From Candidatus Dojkabacteria bacterium (GTDB lineage: Bacteria; Patescibacteriota; Dojkabacteria; B142; OLB20): a DNA stretch of 64,000 nucleotides. The notes beneath the pieces were generated by a model. The model saw only the letters and a program-made list of their open reading frames with translations. It was not told the DNA's origin and made no database searches. This document shows positions 28,780 through 37,500 of this stretch, piece after piece; position 1 is the first letter of the stretch; each line of letters opens with the position of its first letter. The position numbers and the translations under genes were made by a program. The stretch is from NCBI GenBank assembly GCA_035444565.1, contig DAOMOX010000003.1:95488-159487 (forward strand), in the 5' to 3' direction.

Positions 28780-30828
28780 CTATTGTGCCCTAATAAATTG
28801 ACCTTCTCTTATGTTATAACCAAACACATAAGACATAAGATCACCGTAAATATATAGATATCTGGGGTCGTATTCAATTATCTCGGAAGGTGAATATTGA
28901 CTTCTGATGTTTCCAAGATTCCTGTTTAAAGACATGTTACCTGCTGTTTTATCTGTCTCTACTACCCCACCCTTTATGTATAAGCCATCTCCGGAAGGAT
29001 CTGCAACGGTACTAAATAGTCCAGTCACAAAATATCCATGAACCTGGTCATAAACAGTTTTGTCTGGATCTGCAGAACCTAATCCATCACCAGGTAATAT
29101 TGTTGTTGTTCCTTGAACAATAAACATACAACCATTTTCGAAGCCTTCGTTTACCAAGTTTGGCTGAATACTTAAATTACCACTGACAAGAAAAATACTT
29201 TTTGTGTCACAAATATTCACATCAATCGTCAAGTCTCCTGATAAATATACAACCACTTCGTTTAGATTCCCGGTGGGGTGTATTTCGGACATCCGATTAT
29301 TAGTTATATTCGAAACTGTGATATTTGATTTCGTGATTGTCGGAGTCGAGTTTTTCAAATACTGATCAAAGTATTCAAACCAGCTGACATCTGTCTTGTA
29401 TTCTGAGTTTGCATCTGCGTAATCATTGAGTTGTGATTCTTTCTCGGAATTCCTCGATGGGAGTGCAAATCCTACAGGTTGAAGGTATAGATTAGTAGAT
29501 AGAAATCTCTCTCTTCCAATAAAACTTGCAAAATTCACATTATCAAAGAAACTATTAATAATATTATTTGAGCTAAGGGTAGTCTGATTAAATGTACTGC
29601 TATATACATTCCCTCCAATTGTGTTTACCCATGGATGGTATACAATCGGAGTTGGAGTCGGTGTAGATGTAGCTGGTGGAGGTGGTGTTGGTGTTGCAGA
29701 TGGTCCAGGCGTTGGGGTACTTGATGAACCTGCATATGCAAATGTTAAGGCAGACATCGACCACTGCATACTAGACCCTAAACCATTGGTTTGTGTGGCA
29801 GGTGGTACATTCCTCGATTGTGTTTGAAAACAAATATACGTGTGATCTTCCGGGATGTTTACATCAGGTGTAAGGTGCGTAGAGTCAATAGTATCCCATT
29901 CGTTTTCTGATGTTGCGTTAAATAAATCTAGGTATACGATTGCACCAGGTATGGAAGATAATCCTCCGTTAGGTACTCCTGGAGCTTTGTTCAAATTGGC
30001 TATAGATGATGGAATTGAACCCGTGCCTGTAACATACCAAAAGGCATTCGGTCGGTACATTTGAGGTGAAACTGTTCGTCTTTTTGTTCCAGACATAAAA
30101 GCAAAATAATCTACTCTTCTATCTTTGGTTGTGTCTCCTGGAAATTCATGGCAGACTACGTTACTCCATTCCCCCCACTTGGTATCATCCGAATGATTTC
30201 CTAGATTATTCATATATGTACCATCAAATCCACATTTCACTTCCAGATGACTATCGACGGGTAAAGTAGGATCATTATGTATAATCATTGCTCCAACTCC
30301 GAATAATTCCATATCGGCTCCTAAAGTATCTTTTCTAATTGTGAATGTGTTTGTTCCTGAATTGTTTATGCCCGTAGTACCGAGGTCTACAATGTAGCCC
30401 CAAAATGTTGTACCTGGGCCCCCTAAAACAGCTGGACCGAACACCCCATGTAGCGGATTAGCGATTACGGTATTGAAGCCACCACCATTAACACTTAATC
30501 TCAAAGTACTATCTTCAGTTGCTTTTCTAACAGTCCAATATAAATATACGTTCTGTGCAGGTCCGTTTATAGCCTCTACTGTGAATGAACCATTATAGAC
30601 CCCACCACTTATGCGGTCTATCATACCTAGACCACCTACTTTTATGTTATAACGTCCCTCAAGGTCTTTTTCATAAATACAGCTTCCTGAGTCTAGTTCC
30701 CTATTCACCATTGCAGATACAGGATTAGTAAGAGGAAGGATAATCAAAGAAAAGGCGAAAATGCCTAAAAAGAAGAGGAAAATATTATTAACTTGTTTTT
30801 GGACAGTTATTTTCATGTTATTAAACAA
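28780..30828 (-). CDS. Secreted two-domain protein with Pro/Thr linker; candidate pilus-associated adhesin
   Basis: Signal-like N-terminus (..PVSA), STPTPGPSATPTPPPPATSTPTPTP linker, 4 nt upstream of the PilX-like gene; start may be ATG 30816. Confidence 0.65.
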   Translation of the reverse strand: MFNNMKITVQKQVNNIFLFFLGIFAFSLIILPLTNPVSAMVNRELDSGSCIYEKDLEGRYNIKVGGLGMIDRISGGVYNGSFTVEAINGPAQNVYLYWTVRKATEDSTLRLSVNGGGFNTVIANPLHGVFGPAVLGGPGTTFWGYIVDLGTTGINNSGTNTFTIRKDTLGADMELFGVGAMIIHNDPTLPVDSHLEVKCGFDGTYMNNLGNHSDDTKWGEWSNVVCHEFPGDTTKDRRVDYFAFMSGTKRRTVSPQMYRPNAFWYVTGTGSIPSSIANLNKAPGVPNGGLSSIPGAIVYLDLFNATSENEWDTIDSTHLTPDVNIPEDHTYICFQTQSRNVPPATQTNGLGSSMQWSMSALTFAYAGSSSTPTPGPSATPTPPPPATSTPTPTPIVYHPWVNTIGGNVYSSTFNQTTLSSNNIINSFFDNVNFASFIGRERFLSTNLYLQPVGFALPSRNSEKESQLNDYADANSEYKTDVSWFEYFDQYLKNSTPTITKSNITVSNITNNRMSEIHPTGNLNEVVVYLSGDLTIDVNICDTKSIFLVSGNLSIQPNLVNEGFENGCMFIVQGTTTILPGDGLGSADPDKTVYDQVHGYFVTGLFSTVADPSGDGLYIKGGVVETDKTAGNMSLNRNLGNIRSQYSPSEIIEYDPRYLYIYGDLMSYVFGYNIREGQFIRAQ

Positions 30829-30947
30829 ATTTAACCCAGTTAAATAATTTTTGCAAGATTCCTCAACCTAAATTGAATTTTCCTTGATTAATATTTCAAG
30901 ACTTATTAGAATTAACTAGTTTATAGTAAAACTGTCTGTATATATTT

Positions 30948-31979
30948 ATGAAACTGCCTGAATTCTTTGGTTTAGATATTGGGAACCACTCCCTTAAAAT
31001 TGCACAGGTTAAGTACCTGGGAACCGATACTGCACAACTTCTTAAATTAGCCAGAGCTGATATAGTTGGTGGAGTTGTCAACAACACTGATTTACCAAAC
31101 TTAGCTAAAGAAATTAAGAACCTCAAAGAAACTGCTGGAATCAATACCAAAAAAGTTGTTATTGCCCTACCCGAGTCTTCAATATTTTCTCGACTTATAT
31201 TGTTACCTGATGTTGACGAGTCAAAACTCGAACAAGCAATATATTACGAAGCAAAGCAATATCTTCCTGTCACAATAGATGAAGTTCAACTTGAATGGGT
31301 ACAAGTCAGTAAAAGCCAACGTGATGGAAAAACATTTGTCCAATGGCTTATTGTTGCAGCCCCGAAAAAAGTTGTTGCAAAATATATGGAAGTTATGGAT
31401 TTAGCGGGTTTAGAAGTAATTGCTGTCGAAACTGAAACAATAGCCACTGCAAGGGCCTATACCTATAATACGCATTTCAATGAAGGCGTTTTAGTAATGG
31501 ATTTCGGAGGAACAAATACAGATATTTCTGTGATAATGGGAAAAAATGTAATTTTTTCACAAAGCATCGGAACTGGCTCTGATGTATTAACAAAAGCACT
31601 TATGTCCGAGTTTAATCTAGATATTCTCCAGGCTGAACAATATAAAAGGACTTATGGTTTGCTTCGCGACCAAGCAGAAGGAAAAATTGCTGGCGCTTTG
31701 GAACCAATGATGAAGATTATAACGAATGAAATAAATAAGACTATCAACTATTTCCGTGAACATCTTCGAGAAAACACTCCAAAACAAATCTACATCGTAG
31801 GAGACGGCGCAAATCTTCCTGGATTAGCACAGTACCTTACACAAGTTATGGGAATTCCTGCGAGTGTCGTTGACCCTGTGATGTCTCTGAAAGTTGATAA
31901 CAGGATGAAAGCTGAAATAAGTCAAATAAGCACAACTGGATTCTCTGTTGCTTTAGGTTTAGCTCTGAAAACCGAATAA
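30948..31979 (+). CDS. pilM: Type IV pilus assembly protein PilM
   Basis: FGLDIG, EAKQYLP, DFGG, GDGANLPGL, ALGLAL actin-like motifs. Confidence 0.93.
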   Translation: MKLPEFFGLDIGNHSLKIAQVKYLGTDTAQLLKLARADIVGGVVNNTDLPNLAKEIKNLKETAGINTKKVVIALPESSIFSRLILLPDVDESKLEQAIYYEAKQYLPVTIDEVQLEWVQVSKSQRDGKTFVQWLIVAAPKKVVAKYMEVMDLAGLEVIAVETETIATARAYTYNTHFNEGVLVMDFGGTNTDISVIMGKNVIFSQSIGTGSDVLTKALMSEFNLDILQAEQYKRTYGLLRDQAEGKIAGALEPMMKIITNEINKTINYFREHLRENTPKQIYIVGDGANLPGLAQYLTQVMGIPASVVDPVMSLKVDNRMKAEISQISTTGFSVALGLALKTE

Positions 31980-31980
31980 T

Positions 31981-32544
31981 ATGAATAACTCAGGATTTAA
32001 CCTACTACCTAAAAAATCTGAAGAATTAAGACTAAAAGAACAAAGACGCGATAGTTATAGTGTCTACTATACATTTCTAGTTTTTTTCGGTGTTGTATTA
32101 TGGTTTGGGTTAGTAATTTTCAACAATTTCGTCGTGGACAGATCCACAAATGATTGGAAGGAAATCAACAAAGAAAAACAAGATAAAATTAATAATGAAT
32201 ACGCTCAAACACGAAGAATACATGGCGAATTAGTTGTTAAAACCAAAAGTATTGCACCTTTATTAAAAAATGACATTGATCCCGAAACAATTTTCCTAGT
32301 AGCAGAACAAGCTTTTTCGATTAATGAAGGAGATGTGAGTATAGTTGGATACGGTCGTAACGAAGATGGTAGTTTTACTATTAGTATCGCAGCAACTAAT
32401 CATATTGTAGTTGCTGAAAAGGCCCGAAGCTTGAGGAATCTAAATATGGTAAAAGATCTAAGTGTGGACAAGGTCACACAAGGACCTCAAGGTAATCAAT
32501 TAATTGCAGATTTTAATTTCTTAGTAGACAAATCACTACTTTAA
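31981..32544 (+). CDS. PilN-like protein
   Basis: FNLLP PilM-binding motif, TM, follows pilM. Confidence 0.75.
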   Translation: MNNSGFNLLPKKSEELRLKEQRRDSYSVYYTFLVFFGVVLWFGLVIFNNFVVDRSTNDWKEINKEKQDKINNEYAQTRRIHGELVVKTKSIAPLLKNDIDPETIFLVAEQAFSINEGDVSIVGYGRNEDGSFTISIAATNHIVVAEKARSLRNLNMVKDLSVDKVTQGPQGNQLIADFNFLVDKSLL

Positions 32545-32545
32545 G

Positions 32546-33283
32546 ATGGCTCAGAATATTAATAACAAAATAGTCGACAAAAGAAACGATGACGATTATA
32601 TGTTCGCGAAGAAAAAACCTAATTACCGTAAATTATTTCACTTTTACTTAATTCCGATAATTTCTGTCTCAATCTTTCTTTTACTTCTAGTTTTAACTAT
32701 TATTCCAAATGTAAAATATATGATGGATGGTTTGGAAGAAGGTAAAGAATTAAAAAAAGAGTCTGAACTTTTAGACCAAAGGATTGCGATACTCAAAACT
32801 CTTAAGAGTCGTGAAGAAGAAGATTTGCAAATTCTTAATAAGGTAAACTTAATAATCCCTTCTGAACAAAGTGAGGTTGTTAACTTTAGGCAAAAAGTAG
32901 CTGGACTAGCCACGCAACAAGGTCTTATTGTTGAGTCTTTGCAGGCGGGAGAGAATATCATAGAAGATAAAAAAAATGATACAGAGTCATCAAATAATCA
33001 ACTAATTGAGATTCCTTCAAAGTTTAGTTTCGCAGGAGAATTTGATGCTTTTAGACAACTTTTCCTCAAATTATATGAAGGCGAAGATTTTTTTATTATC
33101 ACAAATATGGATTTGAATGTTAACAACTCATTTCAATCACCAGGTGCTTGGAAGGGTCAATTTGATCTCACAAAATATCAATTCTCAGCTAAACAAACAG
33201 AAGATGACTTTATGAATATTTCCGAAAAAGAACCCGTAAACAAAAGCGTTATAACCTTTATTGAGCAGAATTTTGGAATTTGA
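32546..33283 (+). CDS. PilO-like protein
   Basis: TM, coiled coil, IPSE, GEFDAFRQLF; follows pilN. Confidence 0.7.
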   Translation: MAQNINNKIVDKRNDDDYMFAKKKPNYRKLFHFYLIPIISVSIFLLLLVLTIIPNVKYMMDGLEEGKELKKESELLDQRIAILKTLKSREEEDLQILNKVNLIIPSEQSEVVNFRQKVAGLATQQGLIVESLQAGENIIEDKKNDTESSNNQLIEIPSKFSFAGEFDAFRQLFLKLYEGEDFFIITNMDLNVNNSFQSPGAWKGQFDLTKYQFSAKQTEDDFMNISEKEPVNKSVITFIEQNFGI

Positions 33284-33291
33284 GTGAGGTT

Positions 33292-33525
33292 TTAGTCTGC
33301 GACTTTGATGTAGACTCTTTTATTTTCCCTTTTTGCAATGATACTCAAGATATTTCTAATTGCCCTTATGTTCATTCCGCCTTTTCCAATTACTACCCCT
33401 CTCTCTTCTTCTGGCAACTTAAGAATATAGACAATATTGTCTTTATCTTCCTCTTGAGTCTCAATCTTTACTTCATCGGGATTAGATACGATTTTAGTTA
33501 CTATGTAATGAAGGAGTTCTAACAT
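33292..33525 (-). CDS. khpA: KH-domain RNA-binding protein
   Basis: GVVIGKGGMNIRAIR; downstream of rpsP. Confidence 0.9.
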   Translation of the reverse strand: MLELLHYIVTKIVSNPDEVKIETQEEDKDNIVYILKLPEEERGVVIGKGGMNIRAIRNILSIIAKRENKRVYIKVAD

Positions 33526-33534
33526 TTTATTTTG

Positions 33535-33933
33535 TTATTTATCTGATTTAGCTTTTTCTTCTTTTGAATCTACTTTAACTTCGGCTTTTTCCTCATTTTT
33601 AATTTCTATTTTTTCTTTTTTTACTTCAACTTTTTCTACTTTTTTTGTTTCAGTTTTCTCTGTCTTCTTGACTGTCGGTCTTTTGATGTCTGCTTTTATC
33701 AATCCGTTAATCACCATAAGGGACTTAACAGTATATGTTGGTTGTGCACCATTTCCAATCCAGTAATTATATCTATCTTGATCGATTTTGAATTTGTCTT
33801 TTTTAGCGAAAGGATCGTATGAACCTAAGTATTCCAAAGCTAAAGTATTTCTTTTTGTTCTGGCATTAGTGACAACAACTCTGTATGCAGGTTGTTTTTT
33901 CTTACCAAATCTAGCTAATCGTATTTTTACCAT
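33535..33933 (-). CDS. rpsP: 30S ribosomal protein S16
   Basis: MVKIRLARFGKKKQPAYRVVV, GAQPT; K/E tail. Confidence 0.97.
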   Translation of the reverse strand: MVKIRLARFGKKKQPAYRVVVTNARTKRNTLALEYLGSYDPFAKKDKFKIDQDRYNYWIGNGAQPTYTVKSLMVINGLIKADIKRPTVKKTEKTETKKVEKVEVKKEKIEIKNEEKAEVKVDSKEEKAKSDK

Positions 33934-33987
33934 TATTTTTTATTAAATTAAAAAGGAAATGAATTGTAGCAGATTATCTCCCCTCTC

Positions 33988-34701
33988 TCAAGTTTGAGAG
34001 ACCAAATCCTGCCAATGATCTAACGCGTATTGAGCTGCATTTTGTTCAGCTTCTTGTTTACTTTTACCTTTTCCTTCACCAAATACCCTATTTACAATTT
34101 TTACAGACATTAAAAATTCTTTGTCATGGTCTGGTCCGACTGCGGATTTCAACTCATATATTGGTGTGAAGTTAAGTACTTCTTGGGAAAGTTCTTGCAA
34201 CTTCGACTTTGAATCTATATCAAGTCTATTTTCAATAATTTCGTTTAACTTAGGAAATAATTTCTCTATTACGAAATTCCTAGAGACTTTATATCCCTGG
34301 TCAAGATAGATTGCTCCGAGTATGGATTCAAAGGTATTAGCAAGTATATAAGGTCTAGTTCTGCCCCCAGTAACTTCTTCTCCCTTGCTCATGAAGATAT
34401 ATTCGCCTATTGTTAATTCAAGAGCTGTGTCGCCTAAGCTAGTAGTTTTTACAAGTGCCGAGCGAAAGCTGGTAAGTTCTCCTTCTGGGCGTTGTGGGTG
34501 CTGTAGGAATAGATATTCGGTAGTAATTAGCTCAAGTACTGCATCACCCAGGAACTCTAGTCTTTCATTGTTTTCAATATCTTCAGAATGATTTTCATTT
34601 AGATAGGATCTGTGTGTTAATGCCGTTTTAAGTAGTTTTTTGTTTATAAATTTGATTCCGAGTTTTAATTCTAGCTCAGAAAGGTCTTTTGTGTTTTTCA
34701 T
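33988..34701 (-). CDS. rnc: Ribonuclease III
   Basis: ALTHRS, NERLEFLGDAVL, dsRBD. Confidence 0.97.
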   Translation of the reverse strand: MKNTKDLSELELKLGIKFINKKLLKTALTHRSYLNENHSEDIENNERLEFLGDAVLELITTEYLFLQHPQRPEGELTSFRSALVKTTSLGDTALELTIGEYIFMSKGEEVTGGRTRPYILANTFESILGAIYLDQGYKVSRNFVIEKLFPKLNEIIENRLDIDSKSKLQELSQEVLNFTPIYELKSAVGPDHDKEFLMSVKIVNRVFGEGKGKSKQEAEQNAAQYALDHWQDLVSQT

Positions 34702-35141
34702 TTTATGTATTTTGATTTATTTTCAATTAGGTTGCCAAGCACTCCACTGATGAATTTTCGACTCTGGTCATTGCTAAATTCTTTTGTGAGTTCTATAGCT
34801 TCGTCTATCGCAACTTTCTCAGGTGTAATATTTAGTATGAATCCTTCGAGAATTGCGATACGAAGTATTTGCAAATCCATTGTGGCAATTTTATCAATCG
34901 GCCATTCGGGTGCTAGTACTTCAATAATCTCATCAATTTGTATCTCATTAACAGGCATCCCCTCTATAAGTTCGCGAAACAAGGCTTTATCGTAATCTTT
35001 GATTTCATCTTCCTCCAAAATTTTATTGATTGGAAATAGCTCTGTATTATTATCGTTTTGGTCTAGGTTTTGTTTGTGAAAATAGAGTTCGAAAATTTGC
35101 TGGAGAGCTAAAATTCTAGCGTTATGTCGGGAATCTTGCAC
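34698..35141 (-). CDS. nusB: Transcription antitermination factor NusB
   Basis: RHNARILALQ, ILRIA, AIDEAIELTKEF, FISGVLG. Confidence 0.93.
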   Translation of the reverse strand: MQDSRHNARILALQQIFELYFHKQNLDQNDNNTELFPINKILEEDEIKDYDKALFRELIEGMPVNEIQIDEIIEVLAPEWPIDKIATMDLQILRIAILEGFILNITPEKVAIDEAIELTKEFSNDQSRKFISGVLGNLIENKSKYIK

Positions 35142-35152
35142 AGATTGTATAT

Positions 35153-35332
35153 TTAACTAACTTTTAATACTTTTACACCTTTGAATGTACCGCATTTTGG
35201 ACAAACATTGTGTGTAAGTCGTTTTGAACCACATTCTTTACAAGTTGTAAGTGTAGGTTCTGAAAGAGCGTGATGTGCTCTTCTTTGGTTTTTTCTTTGT
35301 TTCGAAATTTTTCTTTTTGGTAATGCTCCCAT
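35153..35332 (-). CDS. rpmF: 50S ribosomal protein L32 (not in ORF track)
   Basis: Translates MGALPKRKISKQRKNQRRAH...CKECG...HNVCPKCG, 59 aa. Confidence 0.95.
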   Translation of the reverse strand: MGALPKRKISKQRKNQRRAHHALSEPTLTTCKECGSKRLTHNVCPKCGTFKGVKVLKVS

Positions 35333-35409
35333 TTATCTATATTAATCAATAAACTCGAACTATTTTATCACAGAAGTATCGCAAAATAAATGATTCCTGC
35401 GCATTTAGC

Positions 35410-35967
35410 TTAATTAGTACGTTCAAAGATAGTAATTTTACTCAATCCATACTTCTTTTGCCAAACATTCTGACCAATTAATGCGTTTATATTAATTGTT
35501 TCGGGATAAATTTCTTTGCTTGGATATCTAAAAATAATGTAACCATTTACTTTTGTTACCATTAATGATGATTTAACAACTTCTAATTTCTCCTCTAGTT
35601 TTAATGGGAATGGCGGGTCAATAAAAATTAGTTCAAATCGATTCCTACAATTCTTCAGATAATCCTGAACTCTCATCTCAAGCACATCAATTTGATTCTC
35701 TAGGTTAGTTTTTTTTCCGTTTTCTAAAATCAATTTAATTGCTTCTGAATCATTTTCTACAAAGGTTACATGTTTCGCCCCACGACTAAGAGCTTCGAGA
35801 CCAATTGCTCCACTTCCTGCAAATAAATCAAGGCATGACGCATTTGTTAAGACTGGAGCGAGTGTATCAAAAAGGGAGATTTTAATCCTGTCTGTGATTG
35901 GCCTAGTAATCCCATCTGCAACCAACAATCTGGTGTTTTTGGCAATTCCGGCAGTAATTCTCGACAT
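35410..35967 (-). CDS. rsmD: 16S rRNA m2G966 methyltransferase
   Basis: TRPITDRIK, LDLFAGSGAIGLEALSRGA, FIDPPF, KKYG. Confidence 0.93.
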   Translation of the reverse strand: MSRITAGIAKNTRLLVADGITRPITDRIKISLFDTLAPVLTNASCLDLFAGSGAIGLEALSRGAKHVTFVENDSEAIKLILENGKKTNLENQIDVLEMRVQDYLKNCRNRFELIFIDPPFPLKLEEKLEVVKSSLMVTKVNGYIIFRYPSKEIYPETININALIGQNVWQKKYGLSKITIFERTN

Positions 35968-35970
35968 GAA

Positions 35971-36153
35971 TTAATTGAATAAACTTACTCTTAATATAAT
36001 TAATGTCGGAACAGTTGTCACTAGCAATACTAAACCGGTAGAAAAGATTGCATTCGATCTAAAAACAAAACCAGTAAGTATTATGGCGATGCATGCCACA
36101 AAAGCTAGTAATGAAAATAATGATAAGTTGTGCAAAACTTTATAATTATTCAT
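35971..36153 (-). CDS. Small 2-TM membrane protein
   Basis: 60 aa, two hydrophobic helices, 3 nt upstream of rsmD. Confidence 0.6.
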   Translation of the reverse strand: MNNYKVLHNLSLFSLLAFVACIAIILTGFVFRSNAIFSTGLVLLVTTVPTLIILRVSLFN

Positions 36154-36196
36154 GGGTGTTACGGATATGCTCTATTATAGCACGAATGCCATGTTT

Positions 36197-36718
36197 TTAG
36201 TAATTTACAAATTGGGGATTGATTTGTTGTGAGTTGTTTTCGCGCGAAGTTGTGGGAATGGTCCATTGGCGGACTATCTCGTATACCACTATACCGTAAC
36301 TAGTAGCAATATTTAGTGAGTGTTTGGTGCCATGCATAGGGATTTTAACCACTTTTTTACATTTACTTAATAAATCTTGGCTCACTCCAGAGATTTCGTT
36401 TCCAAAAACAAGAGTAATAGGTTTTCTAAAGTCTGTCTCGAAGTAGCTCACTGCGTCATCTGTTATTTCAACACCAATTATTTCCGTCGTTTCTTGGCAA
36501 TATTCAATAGCTTTTATCTTGTCTGGTATGTATTGCCATTTAACCGATTCCGTCGCTCCCAAGGCTGTTTTAGGTATTCTATTGTGCGGTGGGTATGGTG
36601 TAATCCCTGTAAGAATTAACTCTTCTATTCCTGCTGCATCTGAAGTACGAAAAATTGAACCGACATTGAATGCAGATCGAATATCTTCGAGTAATACTTT
36701 GACAGGGAAATTCTTCAT
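36197..36718 (-). CDS. TrmH/SpoU family RNA methyltransferase
   Basis: NVGSIFRTSDA, VFGNEISG, IPMHGTKHSLNIA. Confidence 0.92.
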   Translation of the reverse strand: MKNFPVKVLLEDIRSAFNVGSIFRTSDAAGIEELILTGITPYPPHNRIPKTALGATESVKWQYIPDKIKAIEYCQETTEIIGVEITDDAVSYFETDFRKPITLVFGNEISGVSQDLLSKCKKVVKIPMHGTKHSLNIATSYGIVVYEIVRQWTIPTTSRENNSQQINPQFVNY

Positions 36719-37497
36719 ATCAGTATTAATATTAAAGCTAATATGATTCTGTAGATGGCACTTATCATTATGATGTTTCTATCGATTAGTTTGTTGAGTA
36801 ATTTAATCGCGAATATTCCGCTTAAAAAGGAACTTAAAAAGCCAAAAAATAAAATCGCAATCCCCTCCCCTGTCGGATTATTTATATACTCTATGGATTT
36901 TAAAAATAAACCTGCCGAAATTATAGGAATACTTGCAAAGAAAACATATTCAACGAGTTTTTTCCTGTCTACTTTAAAGAATAAACCTAGTGTCAACATA
37001 GTCCCAGACCTAGACATTCCACGGATCAAGCTTAAACCCTGCCCTACTCCGACTAAAGTTGCAGATAAATGGGTAATTTGAGAAGTTTCTTTATTCCTTT
37101 TCGAATAAATATCTGCAATAAGTAAGAAAATACCTCCAATAATTAACGTGAACTGAATAACCCGCGTACTTCCTAGTGTACTTTCAATCAGGTCATTCAA
37201 TAAAAAGTAAATGATTACTGTGGGTATGGTGGTGAGTATTAAATTGATAATTAATTTCGTATATTTGCTTTCTTTTCGGTGTTCTAGTAAAGATTTGAAA
37301 ATCGATATAAGGCGTTTTCTGTAGTATATGATTATCGCAAGTAATGTCCCTGCGTGTGCTAAGATGTCAAAAGTTAACGAATGTTCACCCCAATTAAATA
37401 ATTCAGGGACAAGTACAAGATGTGCGGAGCTCGATATTGGCAGAAATTCTGTGATTCCTTGTACAATTCCTAATATTATAGATTGAAAAATTGTCAT
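36715..37497 (-). CDS. uppP: Undecaprenyl-diphosphate phosphatase
   Basis: GIVQGITEFLPISSSAH, GMSRSG. Confidence 0.93.
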   Translation of the reverse strand: MTIFQSIILGIVQGITEFLPISSSAHLVLVPELFNWGEHSLTFDILAHAGTLLAIIIYYRKRLISIFKSLLEHRKESKYTKLIINLILTTIPTVIIYFLLNDLIESTLGSTRVIQFTLIIGGIFLLIADIYSKRNKETSQITHLSATLVGVGQGLSLIRGMSRSGTMLTLGLFFKVDRKKLVEYVFFASIPIISAGLFLKSIEYINNPTGEGIAILFFGFLSSFLSGIFAIKLLNKLIDRNIIMISAIYRIILALILILI

Positions 37498-37500
37498 AAT

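Noticed and set aside
27937-30873. TTTAGGTT / AACCTAAA 8-bp inverted match flanking the reversed pilus block
   Set aside because: Too short for AT-rich DNA and lies within the pilX-like coding end
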